Source: Eledone cirrhosa
Lineage: Eukaryota
Length of the DNA: 64,000 nt
NCBI GenBank assembly: GCA_964016885.1
Contig: OZ024741.1
Location: 20,026,001-20,090,000, forward strand
Direction: 5' to 3'
The translations under genes were made by a program, and so were the position numbers. A model generated the notes under the pieces. That model made no database searches, was not told where the DNA came from, and saw nothing but the letters and a program-made list of their open reading frames with translations. This document shows positions 40,501 through 56,200 of this stretch, piece by piece (the first letter of the stretch is position 1; each line of letters starts with the position of its first letter).

Positions 40501-41719
40501 CTACCGTCATCACCATCACCATCACTACCGTCATCACCATCACCACCATCACTACCGTCATCACCATCACCACCATCACTACCGTCATCACCACCACCAT
40601 CACTACCGTCATCACCATCACCATCACTACCGTCACCATCACCATCACCATCACTAGCGTCATCACCATCATCACCATCACTACCGTCATAACCATCACC
40701 ACCATCACTACCGTCATCACCATCACCATCACTACCGTCATCACCATCACCATCACTACCGTCATAACCATCACCACCATCACTACCGTCATCACCATCA
40801 CCATCACTACCGTCATCACCACCACCATCACTACCGTCATCACCATCACCACCATCACTACCGTCATCACCATCACCATCACTACCGTCATCACCATCAC
40901 CACCATCACTACCGTCATCACCATCATCGCCATCACTACCGTCATCACCATCACCACCATCACTACCGTCATCACATCACTAGCGTCATCACCATCACCA
41001 TCACTACCGTCATCACCATCACCACCATCACTACCGTCATCACCATCACCACCATCACTACCGTCATCACCACCACCATCACTACCGTCATCACCATCAC
41101 CATCACTACCGTCACCATCACCATCACCATCACTAGCGTCATCACCATCATCACCATCACTACCGTCATCACCATCATCACCATCACTACCGTCATCACC
41201 ATCACCACTATCACTACCGTCATCACCATCACCACCATCAATACCGTCATCACCATCACCATCACCATCACTACCATCACCATCACCACCATCACTACCG
41301 TCATCACCATCACCACCATCACTCCCGTCATCACCACCACCATCACTACCGTCATCACCATCACCACCATCACTACCGTCATCACCATCATCACCATCAC
41401 TACCGTCATCACCATCACCACTATCACTACCGTCATCACCATCACCACCATCACTACCGTCATCACCATCACCATCACTACCGTCATCACCATCATGACC
41501 ATCACTACCGTCATCACCATCATCACCATCACTACCGTCATCACCATCACCACCATCACTACCGTCATCACCACCACCATCACAACCGTCATCACCGTCA
41601 CCATCACTACCGTCATCATCATCACCACCACCATCACTACCGTCATCACCATCACCACTATCACTACCGTCATCACCATCACCACCATCACTACCGTCAT
41701 CACCATCACCATCACTACC
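22591..41719. repeat. ~9.5-kb tandem block duplication within the triplet satellite (copy 1 ~22591-32249, copy 2 ~32250-41719)
   Basis: Offset 9659 for cactcccatc 23172/32831, aaaatcacc 25732/35391 and atcgcaacc 28741/38400. Offset 9428 for the 1-nt deletion 31547/40975 and for the ORF-track stops 32070/41498. Confidence 0.93.
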
Positions 41720-44700
41720 GTCATCACCATCATCACCATCACTACCGTCATCACCATCACCATCACTACCGTCATCACCATCATCACCATCACTACCGTC
41801 ATCACCATCACCATCACTACCGTCATCACCATCACCACCATCACTACCGTCATCACCATCACCACCATCACTACCGTCATCACCATCACCACCACCATCA
41901 CTACCGTCAACACCACCACCATCCCTACCGTCATCACCATCACCACCATAACTACCGTCATCACCATCACCATCACTACCGTCATCACCATCACCACCAT
42001 CACTACCGTCATCACCATCACCACCATCACTACCGTCATCACCATCACCACCATCACTACCGTCATCACCACCACTATCACTACCGTCATCACCATCACC
42101 ATCACTACCGTCATCACCATCATCACCATCACTACCGTCATCACCATCACCACCATCACTACCGTCATCATCATCATCACCATCACTACCGTCATCACCA
42201 CCACTATCACTACCGTCATCACCATCACCATCACTACCGTCATCACCATCACCACCATCACTACCGTCATCACCATCACCATCACTACCGTCATCACCAT
42301 CATCACCATCACTACCGTCATCACCATCATCACCATCACTACCGTCATCACCATCACCACCATCACTACCGTCATCACCACCATCACCATCACTACCGTC
42401 ATCACCATCACCACCACCATCACTACCGTCATAACCATCACCATCACTACCGTCATCACAATCATCACCATCACTACCGTCATCACCATCACCACCATCA
42501 CTACCGTCATCACCACCATCACCATCACTACCGTCATCACCATCACCACCACCATCACTACCGTTATCACCACCACCATCACAACCGTCATCACCATCAC
42601 CATCACTACCGTCATCACCATCATCACCAACACTAGCGTCATCACCACCACCATCACAACCGTCATCACCATCACCATCACTACCGTCATCACCATCACC
42701 ATCACTACCGTCATCACCATCATCACCATCACTACCGTCATCACCATCACCACCATCACTACCGTCATCACGATCACCATCACTACCGTCATCACCATCA
42801 CCACCATCACTACCGTCATCACCATCACCACCACCATCACTACCGTCATCACCACCACCATCACTACCGTCATCACCATCACCACCATCACTACCGTCAT
42901 CACCATCACCACCATCACTACCGTCATCACCATCACCACCATCACTACCGTCATCACCATCACCATCACTACCGTCATCACCATCACCATCACTACCGTC
43001 ATCACCATCACCACCATCACTACCGTCATCACCATCACCATCACTACCGTCGTTACCATCACCACCATCAATACCGTCATCACCATCACCATCACTACCG
43101 TCATCACCACCATCACTACTGTCATCACCATCACCACCACCATCACTACCGTCATCACCATCATCACCATCACTACCGTCATCACCATCATCGCCATCAC
43201 TACCGTCATCACCATCACCATAACTACCGTCATCACCACCATCACCATCACTACCGTCACCATCACCACCACCTTCACTACCGTCATCACCACCACCATC
43301 ACAACCGTCATCACCATCACCATCACTACCGTCATCACCATCACCACCATCACTACCGTCATCACCACCACCATCACTACCGTCATCACCACCACCATCA
43401 CTACCGTCATCACCATCATCACCATCACTACCGTCATGACCATCACCATCACTACCGTCACAATCACCATCACCATCACTACCGTCATAACCATCACCAC
43501 AATCACTACCGTCATCACCACCACCATCACAACCGTCATCACCGTCACCATCACTACCGTCATCACCATCACCATCGCTACCGTCATCACTACCGTCATC
43601 ACCATCACCAACATCACTACCGTCACCACCATCACCATCACAACCGTCATCACCGTCACCATCACTACCGTCATCACCACCAACATCACCACCATCACCA
43701 CCATCACCATCACCATCACCACCACCACCATCACTACCGTCATCACCATCACCATCACTACCGTCATCACCATCACCACCACCATCACTACCGTCATCAC
43801 CACCACCATCACTACCGTCATCACCATCACTACCGTCACCATCACCATCATAACCATCACTAGCGTCATCACCATCACCACCATCACTACCGTCATCACC
43901 ATCACCATCACTACCGTCATCACGACCACCATCACTACCGTCATCACCACCAACACCTCTACCGTCATCACCATCACCACCACCATCACTACCGTCATCA
44001 CCATCACCATCACTACCGTCATCACCTTCACCAACATCACTACCGTCATCACCATCACCACCATCACTACCGTCATCACCACTACTATCAATACCGTCAC
44101 CATCACCATCACCATCACTACCGTCATCACCATCACCACCATCACTACCATCATCACCACCACCATCACTACCGTCATCACCATCACAATCACTACCGTC
44201 ATCACCATCACCACCACCATCACTACCTTCATCACCATCACCATCACCACCATCACTACCGTCATCACCATCACCACCACCATCACTACCGTCATCACCA
44301 TCACTACCGTCATCACCATCACCAACAACACTACCGTCATCACCACCATCACCATCACTACCGTCATCACCACCACCATCACAACCGTCATCACCATCAA
44401 CATCACTACCGTCATCACCATCACCACCATCACTAGCGTGATCACCACCACCATCACTACCGTCATCACCATCACCATCACTACCGTCATCACCATCACC
44501 ATCACTACCGTCATCACCATCACCACCACCATCACTACAGTCATCACCATCATCATCACTACCGTCATCACCATCATCACCATCACTACCGTCATCACCA
44601 TCACCACCATCACTACCGTCATCACCATCATCACCATCACTACCGTCAACACCATCACCACCATCACTACCGTCATCACCATCACCATCACTACCGTCAT

Positions 44701-44869
44701 CACCATCACCACCATCACTACCGTCATCACCATCACCACAATCACTACCGTCATCACCATCATCACCATCACTACCGTCATCACCATCATCACCATCACT
44801 ACCGTCATCACCATCACCACCATCACTACCGTCATCACCATCACCATCACTACCGTCATCACCATCACC

Positions 44870-45650
44870 ATAACTACCGTCATCACCACCAACACCACCA
44901 TCACTACCGTCATCACCAGCACCACCATCACTACCGTCATCACCATCACCATCACTACCGTCATCACCATCACTACCGTCATCACCATCACCACCATCAC
45001 TACCGTCATCACCATCATCACCATCACTACCGTCATCACCATCCCCACCATAACTACCGTCATCACCACCAACACCACCATCACTACCGTCATCACCAGC
45101 ACCACCATCACTACCGTCATCACCATCACCATCACTACCGTCATCACCATCACTACCGTCATCACCATCACCACCATCACTACCGTCATCACCATCATCA
45201 CCATCACTACCGTCATCACCATCCCCACCATAACTACCGTCATCACCACCAACACCACCATCACTACCGTCATCACCACCACCACCATCACTACCGTCAT
45301 CAGCATCACCATCATTACCGTCATCACCATCACTACCGTCATCACCATCACCACCATCACTACCGTCATCACCATCATCACCATCACTACCGACATCACC
45401 ATCCCCACCATAACTACCGTCATCACCACCAACACCACCATCACTACCGTCATCACCAGCACCACCATCACTACCGTCATCACCATCACCATCACTACCG
45501 TCATCACCATCACTACCGTCATCACCATCACCACCATCACTACCGTCATCGCCATCATCACCATCACTACCGTCATCACCATCATCACCATAACTACCGT
45601 CATCACCACCAACACCACCGTCACTACCGTCATCACCAGCACCACCATCA
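44870..45650. repeat. 180-bp higher-order repeat, ~4.3 copies
   Basis: taactaccgtcatcaccaccaacaccacc at 44871, 45051, 45231, 45411, 45591. Confidence 0.92.
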
Positions 45651-48600
45651 CTACCGTCATCACCACCACCATCACTACCGTCATCACCATCACTACCGTC
45701 ATCACCATCATCACCATCACTACCGTCATCACCATCACCACTATCACTACCGTCATCACCATCACCACCATCACTACCGTCATCACCATCACCATCACCA
45801 TCACTACCTTCATCACCATCACCATCACTACCGTCATCACCATCACCACCATCACTACCGTCATCACCATCACCACCATCACTCCCGTCATCACCACCAC
45901 CATCACTACCGTCATCACCATCACCACCATCACTACCGTCATCACCATCACCACCATTACTACCGTCATCACCATCACCATCACCATCATTACCGTCATC
46001 ACCACCAACAACACTACCTTCTTCACCATCACCATCACTACCGTCATCACCATCACCACCATCACTACCGTCATCACCATCACCACCATCACTCCCGTCA
46101 TCACCATCACCATCACTACCGTCATCACCATCACCACCATAACTACCGTCATCACCATCATCACCATCACTACCGTCATCACGATCACCATCAATACCGT
46201 CATCACCATCACCACCATCACTACCGTCATCACCATCACCATCACTACCGTCATCACCATCACCATCACTACCGTCATCACCATCACCATCACTACCGTC
46301 ATCACCATCACCATCACTACCGTCATCACCATCACCACCACCATCACTACCGTCATCACCATCACCATCACTACCGTCATCAACATCACCATCACTACCG
46401 TCATCACCATCACCACCACCATCACTACCGTCATCACCATCACCATCACTACCGTCATCACCATCATCACCATCACTACCGTCATCACAATCACCACCAT
46501 CACTACCGTCATCACCATCACCACCATCACTACCGTCATCACCATCACCACCATCACTACCGTCATCACCATCACCACCATCACTACCGTCATCACCATC
46601 ACCACCATCACTACCGTCATCACCATCACCACCATCACTACCTTCATCACCATCACCACCATCACTACCGTCATCACCATCACCATCACTACCGTCATCA
46701 CCATCACCACCATCACTACCGTCATCACCATCACCACTATCACTACCTTCATCACCATCACCACCATCACTACCGTCATCACCATCACCATCACTACCGT
46801 CATCACCATCATCACCATCACTACCGTCATCACAATCACCACCATCACTACCGTCATCACCATCACCACCATCACTACCGTCATCACCATCACCACCATC
46901 ACTACCGTCATCACCATCACCACCATCACTACCTTCATCACCATCACCACCATCACTACCGTCATCACCACCACCATCACTACCGTCATCACCATCACTA
47001 CCGTGATCACCATCACCACCATCACTACCGTCATCACCATCACCACCATCACTACCGTCATCACCATCTCAACCACCATCACTACCGTCATCACCATCAC
47101 CACCATCACTACCTTCATCACCATCACCACCATCACTACCGTCATCACCATCACCATCACTACCGTCATCACCATCACCATCACTACCGTCATCACCATC
47201 ACCACCATCACTACCGTCATCATCATCGCCATCACTACCGTCATCAACATCACCATCACTACCGTCATCACCATCACCACCACCATCACTACCGTCATCA
47301 CCATCACCTCCGCCATCACCATCATCACCATCACTACTGTCATCACCATCACCACCATCACTATCGTCATCACCATCACCACCATCACTACCGTCATCAT
47401 CATCGCCATCACTACCGTCATCAACATCACCATCACTACCGTCATCACCATCACCACCACCATCACTACCGTCATCACCATCACCATCACTACCGTCATC
47501 ACCATCACCACCATCACTACCGTCATCACCATCACCATCACTACCGTCGTTACCATCACCACCATCAATACCGTCATCACCATCACCATCACTACCGTCA
47601 TCACCACCATCACTACTGTCATCACCATCACCACCACCATCACTACCGTCATCACCATCATCACCATCACTACCGTCATCACCATCATCGCCATCACTAC
47701 CGTCATCACCATCACCATAACTACCGTCATCACCACCATCACCATCACTACCGTCACCATCACCACCACCTTCACTACCGTCATCACCACCACCATCACA
47801 ACCGTCATCACCATCACCATCACTACCGTCATCACCATCACCACCATCACTACCGTCATCACCACCACCATCACTACCGTCATCACCACCACCATCACTA
47901 CCGTCATCACCATCATCACCATCACAATCACTACCGTCACAATCACCATCACCATCACTACCGTCATCACCATCATCACCATCACTACCGTCATGACCAT
48001 CACCATCACTACCGTCACAATCACCATCACCATCACTACCGTCATAACCATCACCACAATCACTACCGTCATCACCACCACCATCACAACCGTCATCACC
48101 GTCACCATCACTACCGTCATCACCATCACCATCGCTACCGTCATCACTACCGTCATCACCATCACCAACATCACTACCGTCACCACCATCACCATCACAA
48201 CCGTCATCACCGTCACCATCACTACCGTCATCACCACCAACATCACCACCATCACCACCATCACCATCACCATCACCACCACCACCATCACTACCGTCAT
48301 CACCATCACCATCACTACCGTCATCACCATCACCACCACCATCACTACCGTCATCACCACCACCATCACTACCGTCATCACCATCACTACCGTCACCATC
48401 ACCATCATAACCATCACTAGCGTCATCACCATCACCACCATCACTACCGTCATCACCATCACCATCACTACCGTCATCACGACCACCATCACTACCGTCA
48501 TCACCACCAACACCTCTACCGTCATCACCATCACCACCACCATCACTACCGTCATCACCATCACCATCACTACCGTCATCACCTTCACCAACATCACTAC

Positions 48601-49420
48601 CGTCATCACCATCACCACCATCACTACCGTCATCACCACTACTATCAATACCGTCACCATCACCATCACCATCACTACCGTCATCACCATCACCACCATC
48701 ACTACCATCATCACCACCACCATCACTACCGTCATCACCATCACAATCACTACCGTCATCACCATCACCACCACCATCACTACCTTCATCACCATCACCA
48801 TCACCACCATCACTACCGTCATCACCATCACCACCACCATCACTACCGTCATCACCATCACTACCGTCATCACCATCACCAACAACACTACCGTCATCAC
48901 CACCATCACCATCACTACCGTCATCACCACCACCATCACAACCGTCATCACCATCAACATCACTACCGTCATCACCACCATCACTAGCGTGATCACCACC
49001 ACCATCACTACCGTCATCACCATCACCATCACTACCGTCATCACCATCACCATCACTACCGTCATCACCATCACCACCACCATCACTACAGTCATCACCA
49101 TCATCATCACTACCGTCATCACCATCATCACCATCACTACCGTCATCACCATCACCACCATCACTACCGTCATCACCATCATCACCATCACTACCGTCAA
49201 CACCATCACCACCATCACTACCGTCATCACCATCACCATCACTACCGTCATCACCATCACCACCATCACTACCGTCATCACCATCACCACAATCACTACC
49301 GTCATCACCATCATCACCATCACTACCGTCATCACCATCATCACCATCACTACCGTCATCACCATCACCACCATCACTACCGTCATCACCATCACCATCA
49401 CTACCGTCATCACCATCACC

Positions 49421-50200
49421 ATAACTACCGTCATCACCACCAACACCACCATCACTACCGTCATCACCAGCACCACCATCACTACCGTCATCACCATCAC
49501 CATCACTACCGTCATCACCATCACTACCGTCATCACCATCACCACCATCACTACCGTCATCACCATCATCACCATCACTACCGTCATCACCATCCCCACC
49601 ATAACTACCGTCATCACCACCAACACCACCATCACTACCGTCATCACCAGCACCACCATCACTACCGTCATCACCATCACCATCACTACCGTCATCACCA
49701 TCACTACCGTCATCACCATCACCACCATCACTACCGTCATCACCATCATCACCATCACTACCGTCATCACCATCCCCACCATAACTACCGTCATCACCAC
49801 CAACACCACCATCACTACCGTCATCACCACCACCACCATCACTACCGTCATCACCATCACCATCACTACCGTCATCACCATCACTACCGTCATCACCATC
49901 ACCACCATCACTACCGTCATCACCATCATCACCATCACTACCGACATCACCATCCCCACCATAACTACCGTCATCACCACCAACACCACCATCACTACCG
50001 TCATCACCAGCACCACCATCACTACCGTCATCACCATCACCATCACTACCGTCATCACCATCACTACCGTCATCACCATCACCACCATCACTACCGTCAT
50101 CGCCATCATCACCATCACTACCGTCATCACCATCATCACCATAACTACCGTCATCACCACCAACACCACCGTCACTACCGTCATCACCAGCACCACCATC
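49421..50200. repeat. Second block of the 180-bp higher-order repeat
   Basis: Same marker at 49422, 49602, 49782, 49962, 50142 (4551 bp downstream of the first block). Confidence 0.92.
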
Positions 50201-53200
50201 ACTACCGTCATCACCACCACCATCACTACCGTCATCACCATCACTACCGTCATCACCATCATCACCATCACTACCGTCATCACCATCACCACTATCACTA
50301 CCGTCATCACCATCACCACCATCACTACCGTCATCACCATCACCATCACCATCACTACCTTCATCACCATCACCATCACTACCGTCATCACCATCACCAC
50401 CATCACTACCGTCATCACCATCACCACCATCACTCCCGTCATCACCACCACCATCACTACCGTCATCACCATCACCACCATCACTACCGTCATCACCATC
50501 ACCACCATTACTACCGTCATCACCATCACCATCACCATCACTACCGTCATCACCACCACCATCATTACCGTCATCACCACCACCAACACTACCTTCATCA
50601 CCATCACCATCACTACCGTCATCACCATCACCACCATCACTACCGTCATCACCATCACCACCATCACTCCCGTCATCACCATCACCATCACTACCGTCAT
50701 CACCATCACCACCATAACTACCGTCATCACCATCATCACCATCACTACCGTCATCACCATCTCCATCACTACCGTCGCAATCACCATCACCATCACTACC
50801 GTCATCACCATCACCATCACTACCGTCATCACCATCACCACCATCACTACCGTCATCACCATCACCACTATCACTACCGTCATCACCATCACCACCATCA
50901 CTACCGTCATCACCATCACCATCACTACCGTCACAATCACCATCAACATCACTACCGTCATCACCATCATCACCATCACTACCGTCATCACCATCACCAT
51001 CACTACCGTCATCACCACCACCATCACAACCGTCATCACCATCACCATCACTACCGTCATCACCATCAGCATCACTACTGTCATCACCATAACCACCACC
51101 ATCACTACCGTCATCACCATCGCCATCACTACCGTCATCAACATCACCATCACTACCGTCATCACCATCACCATCACTACCGTCATCGCCATCATCACCA
51201 TCACTACCGTCATCACCATCACCACCATCACTACCGTCATCACGATCACCATCACTACCGTCATCACCATCACCACCATCACTACCGTCATCACCATCAC
51301 CACCACCATCACTACCGTCATCACCACCACCATCACTACCGTCATCACGATCACCATCAATACCGTCATCACCATCACCACCATCACTACCGTCATCACC
51401 ATCACCATCACTACCGTCATCACCATCACCATCACTACCGTCATCACCATCACCATCACTACCGTCATCACCATCACCACCACCATCACTACCGTCATCA
51501 CCATCGCCATCACTACCGTCATCAACATCACCATCACTACCGTCATCACCATCACCACCACCATCACTACCGTCATCACCATCACCATCACTACCGTCAT
51601 CACCATCATCACCATCACTACCGTCATCACAATCACCACCATCACTACCGTTATCACCATCACCACCATCACTACCGTCATCACCATCACCACCATCACT
51701 ACCGTCATCACCATCACCACCACCATCACTACCGTCATCACCATCACCACCATCACTACCTTCATCACCATCACCACCATCACTACCGTCATCACCATCA
51801 CCATCACTACCGTCATCACCATCACCATCACTACCGTCATCACCATCACCACCATCACTACCGTCATCATCATCGCCATCACTACCGTCATCAACATCAC
51901 CATCACTACCGTCATCACCATCACCACCACCATCACCATCATCACCATCACTACTGTCATCACCATCACCACCATCACTATCGTCATCACCATCACCACC
52001 ATCACTACCGTCATCACCATCACCACCATCACTACCGTCATCACCATCACCACCATCACTACCGTCATCACCATCACCACCATCACTACCGTCATCACCA
52101 TCACTATCACTACCGTCATCACCATCACCATCACTACCGTCATCACCATCACGACCATCACTACCCTCATCACCATCACCATCACTACCGTTATCACCAT
52201 CACCACCACCATCACTACCGTCATCACCATCACTACCATCACCATCACCACCACCATCACTACCGTCATCATCATCGCCATCACTACCGTCATCACCACC
52301 ACCATCACTACCGTCATCACCACCACTACCGTCATCACCATCACCACCACCATCACTACCGTCATCACCATCACCATCACTACCGTCATCACCATCATCA
52401 CCATCACTACCGTCATCACAATCACCACCATCACTACCGTCATCACCATCACCATCACTACCGTCATCACCATCACCACCATCACTATCGTCATCACCAT
52501 CACCACCATCACTACCGTCATCATCATCGCCATCACTACCGTCATCAACATCACCATCACTACCGTCATCACCATCACCACCACCATCACTACCGTCATC
52601 ACCATCACCATCACTACCGTCATCACCATCACCACCATCACTACCGTCATCACCATCACCATCACTACCGTCGTTACCATCACCACCATCAATACCGTCA
52701 TCACCATCACCATCACTACCGTCATCACCATCACCACCATCACTACCGTCATCACCACCACCATCACTACCGTCATCACCACCACCATCACTACCGTCAT
52801 CACCATCATCACCATCACAATCACTACCGTCACAATCACCATCACTATCACTACCGTCATCACCATCATCACCATCACTACCGTCATGACCATCACCATC
52901 ACTACCGTCACAATCACCATCACCATCACTACCGTCATAACCATCACCACAATCACTACCGTCATCACCACCACCATCACAACCGTCATCACCGTCACCA
53001 TCACTACCGTCATCACCATCACCATCGCTACCGTCATCACTACCGTCATCACCATCACCAACATCACTACCGTCACCACCATCACCATCACAACCGTCAT
53101 CACCGTCACCATCACTACCGTCATCACCACCAACATCACCACCATCACCACCATCACCATCACCATCACCACCACCACCATCACTACCGTCATCACCATC

Positions 53201-56200
53201 ACCATCACTACCGTCATCACCATCACCACCACCATCACTACCGTCATCACCACCACCATCACTACCGTCATCACCATCACTACCGTCACCATCACCATCA
53301 TAACCATCACTAGCGTCATCACCATCACCACCATCACTACCGTCATCACCATCACCATCACTACCGTCATCACGACCACCATCACTACCGTCATCACCAC
53401 CAACACCTCTACCGTCATCACCATCACCACCACCATCACTACCGTCATCACCATCACCATCACTACCGTCATCACCTTCACCAACATCACTACCGTCATC
53501 ACCATCACCACCATCACTACCGTCATCACCACTACTATCAATACCGTCACCATCACCATCACCATCACTACCGTCATCACCATCACCACCATCACTACCA
53601 TCATCACCACCACCATCACTACCGTCATCACCATCACAATCACTACCGTCATCACCATCACCACCACCATCACTACCTTCATCACCATCACCATCACCAC
53701 CATCACTACCGTCATCACCATCACCACCATCACTACCGTCATCACCATCACCACCATCACTACCGTGATCACCATCACCACCATCACTACCGTCATCACC
53801 ATCACCACCATCACTACCGTCATCACCATCACCACCACCATCACTACCGTCATCACCATCACCACCATCACTACCTTCATCACCATCACCACCATCACTA
53901 CCGTCATCACCATCACCATCACTACCGTCATCACCATCACCATCACTACCGTCATCACCATCACCACCATCACTACCGTCATCATCATCGCCATCACTAC
54001 CGTCATCAACATCACCATCACTACCGTCATCACCATCACCACCATCATCACTACCGTCATCACCATCACCTCCGCCATCACCATCATCACCATCACTACT
54101 GTCATCACCATCACCACCATCACTATCGTCATCACCATCACCACCATCACTACCGTCATCACCATCACCACCATCACTACCGTCATCACCATCACCACCA
54201 TCACTACCGTCATCACCACTACTATCAATACCGTCACCATCACCATCACTACCGTCATCACCATCACCACCATCACTACCATCATCACCACCACCATCAC
54301 TACCGTCATCACCATCACAATCACTACCGTCATCACCATCACCACCACCATCACTACCTTCATCACCATCACCATCACCACCATCACTACCGTCATCACC
54401 ATCACCACCATCACTACCGTCATCACCATCACCACCATCACTACCGTGATCACCATCACCACCATCACTACCGTCATCACCATCACCACCATCACTACCG
54501 TCATCACCATCACCACCACCATCACTACCGTCATCACCATCACCACCATCACTACCTTCATCACCATCACCACCATCACTACCGTCATCACCATCACCAT
54601 CACTACCGTCATCACCATCACCATCACTACCGTCATCACCATCACCACCATCACTACCGTCATCATCATCGCCATCACTACCGTCATCAACATCACCATC
54701 ACTACCGTCATCACCATCACCACCACCATCACTACCGTCATCACCATCACCTCCGCCATCACCATCATCACCATCACTACTGTCATCACCATCACCACCA
54801 TCACTATCGTCATCACCATCACCACCATCACTACCGTCATCACCATCACCACCATCACTACCGTCATCACCATCACCACCATCACTACCGTCATCACCAT
54901 CACCACCATCACTACCGTCATCACCATCACTATCACTACCGTCATCACCATCACCATCACTACCGTCATCACCATCACGACCATCACTACCCTCATCACC
55001 ATCACCATCACTACCGTCATCACCATCACCACCACCATCACTACCGTCATCACCATCACTACCATCACCATCACCACCACCATCACTACCGTCATCATCA
55101 TCGCCATCACTACCGTCATCACCACCACCATCACTACCGTCATCACCACCACTACCGTCATCACCATCACCACCACCATCACTACCGTCATCACCATCAC
55201 CATCACTACCGTCATCACCATCATCACCATCACTACCGTCATCACAATCACCACCATCACTACCGTCATCAACATCACCATCACTACCGTCATCACCATC
55301 ACCACCACCATCACTACCGTCATCACCATCACCATCACTACCGTCATCACCATCATCACCATCACTACCGTCATCACAATCACCACCATCACTACCGTCA
55401 TCACCATCATCACCATCACTACCGTCACCATCACCATCACCATCACTACCGTCATCACCATCATCACCATCACTACCGTCATCACCATCACCACCATCAC
55501 TACCGTCATCACCACCATCACCATCACTACCGTCATCACCATCACCACCACCATCACTACCGTCATCACCATCACCATCACTACCGTCATCACCATCGCC
55601 ACCATCACTACCGTCATCACCATCATCGCCATCACTACCGTCATCACCATCACCACCACCATCACTACCGTCATCACCATCACCACCATCACTACCGTCA
55701 TCACCATCACCATCACCATCACTACCGTCATCACCATCACCATCACTACAGTCATCACCATCACCATCACTACCGTCATCAATATCACCATCACTACCGT
55801 CATCACCATCACGAACATCACTACCGGCATCACCATCACCATCACTACCGTCATCACCATCACCACCACCATCACTACCGTCATCACCATCACCATCACT
55901 ACCATCATCACCATCATCACCATCACTACCGTCATCACCATCACCACCATCACTACCATCACCACCATCACAACCGTCATCACCATCACCACCACCATCA
56001 CTACCGTCATCACCATCACCACCATCACTACCGTCATCACCATCACCACCACCATCACTACCGTCATCACCATCACCACCATCACTACCGTCATCACCAT
56101 CACCACCACCATCACTACCGTCATCACCATCACTACCGTCATCACCATCACCATCACTACCGTCATCACCATCACCACCATCACTACCGTCATCATCATC

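Noticed and set aside
19520-41498. Poly-His (HHHHHYR), Thr/Ile-rich and Ser/Pro-rich ORFs on the plus strand
   Set aside because: Alternative frames of the same satellite. His and Ser/Pro frames are broken by TAG/TAA/TGA variants; starts are chance variants or lie in a SINE. Not called as CDS.
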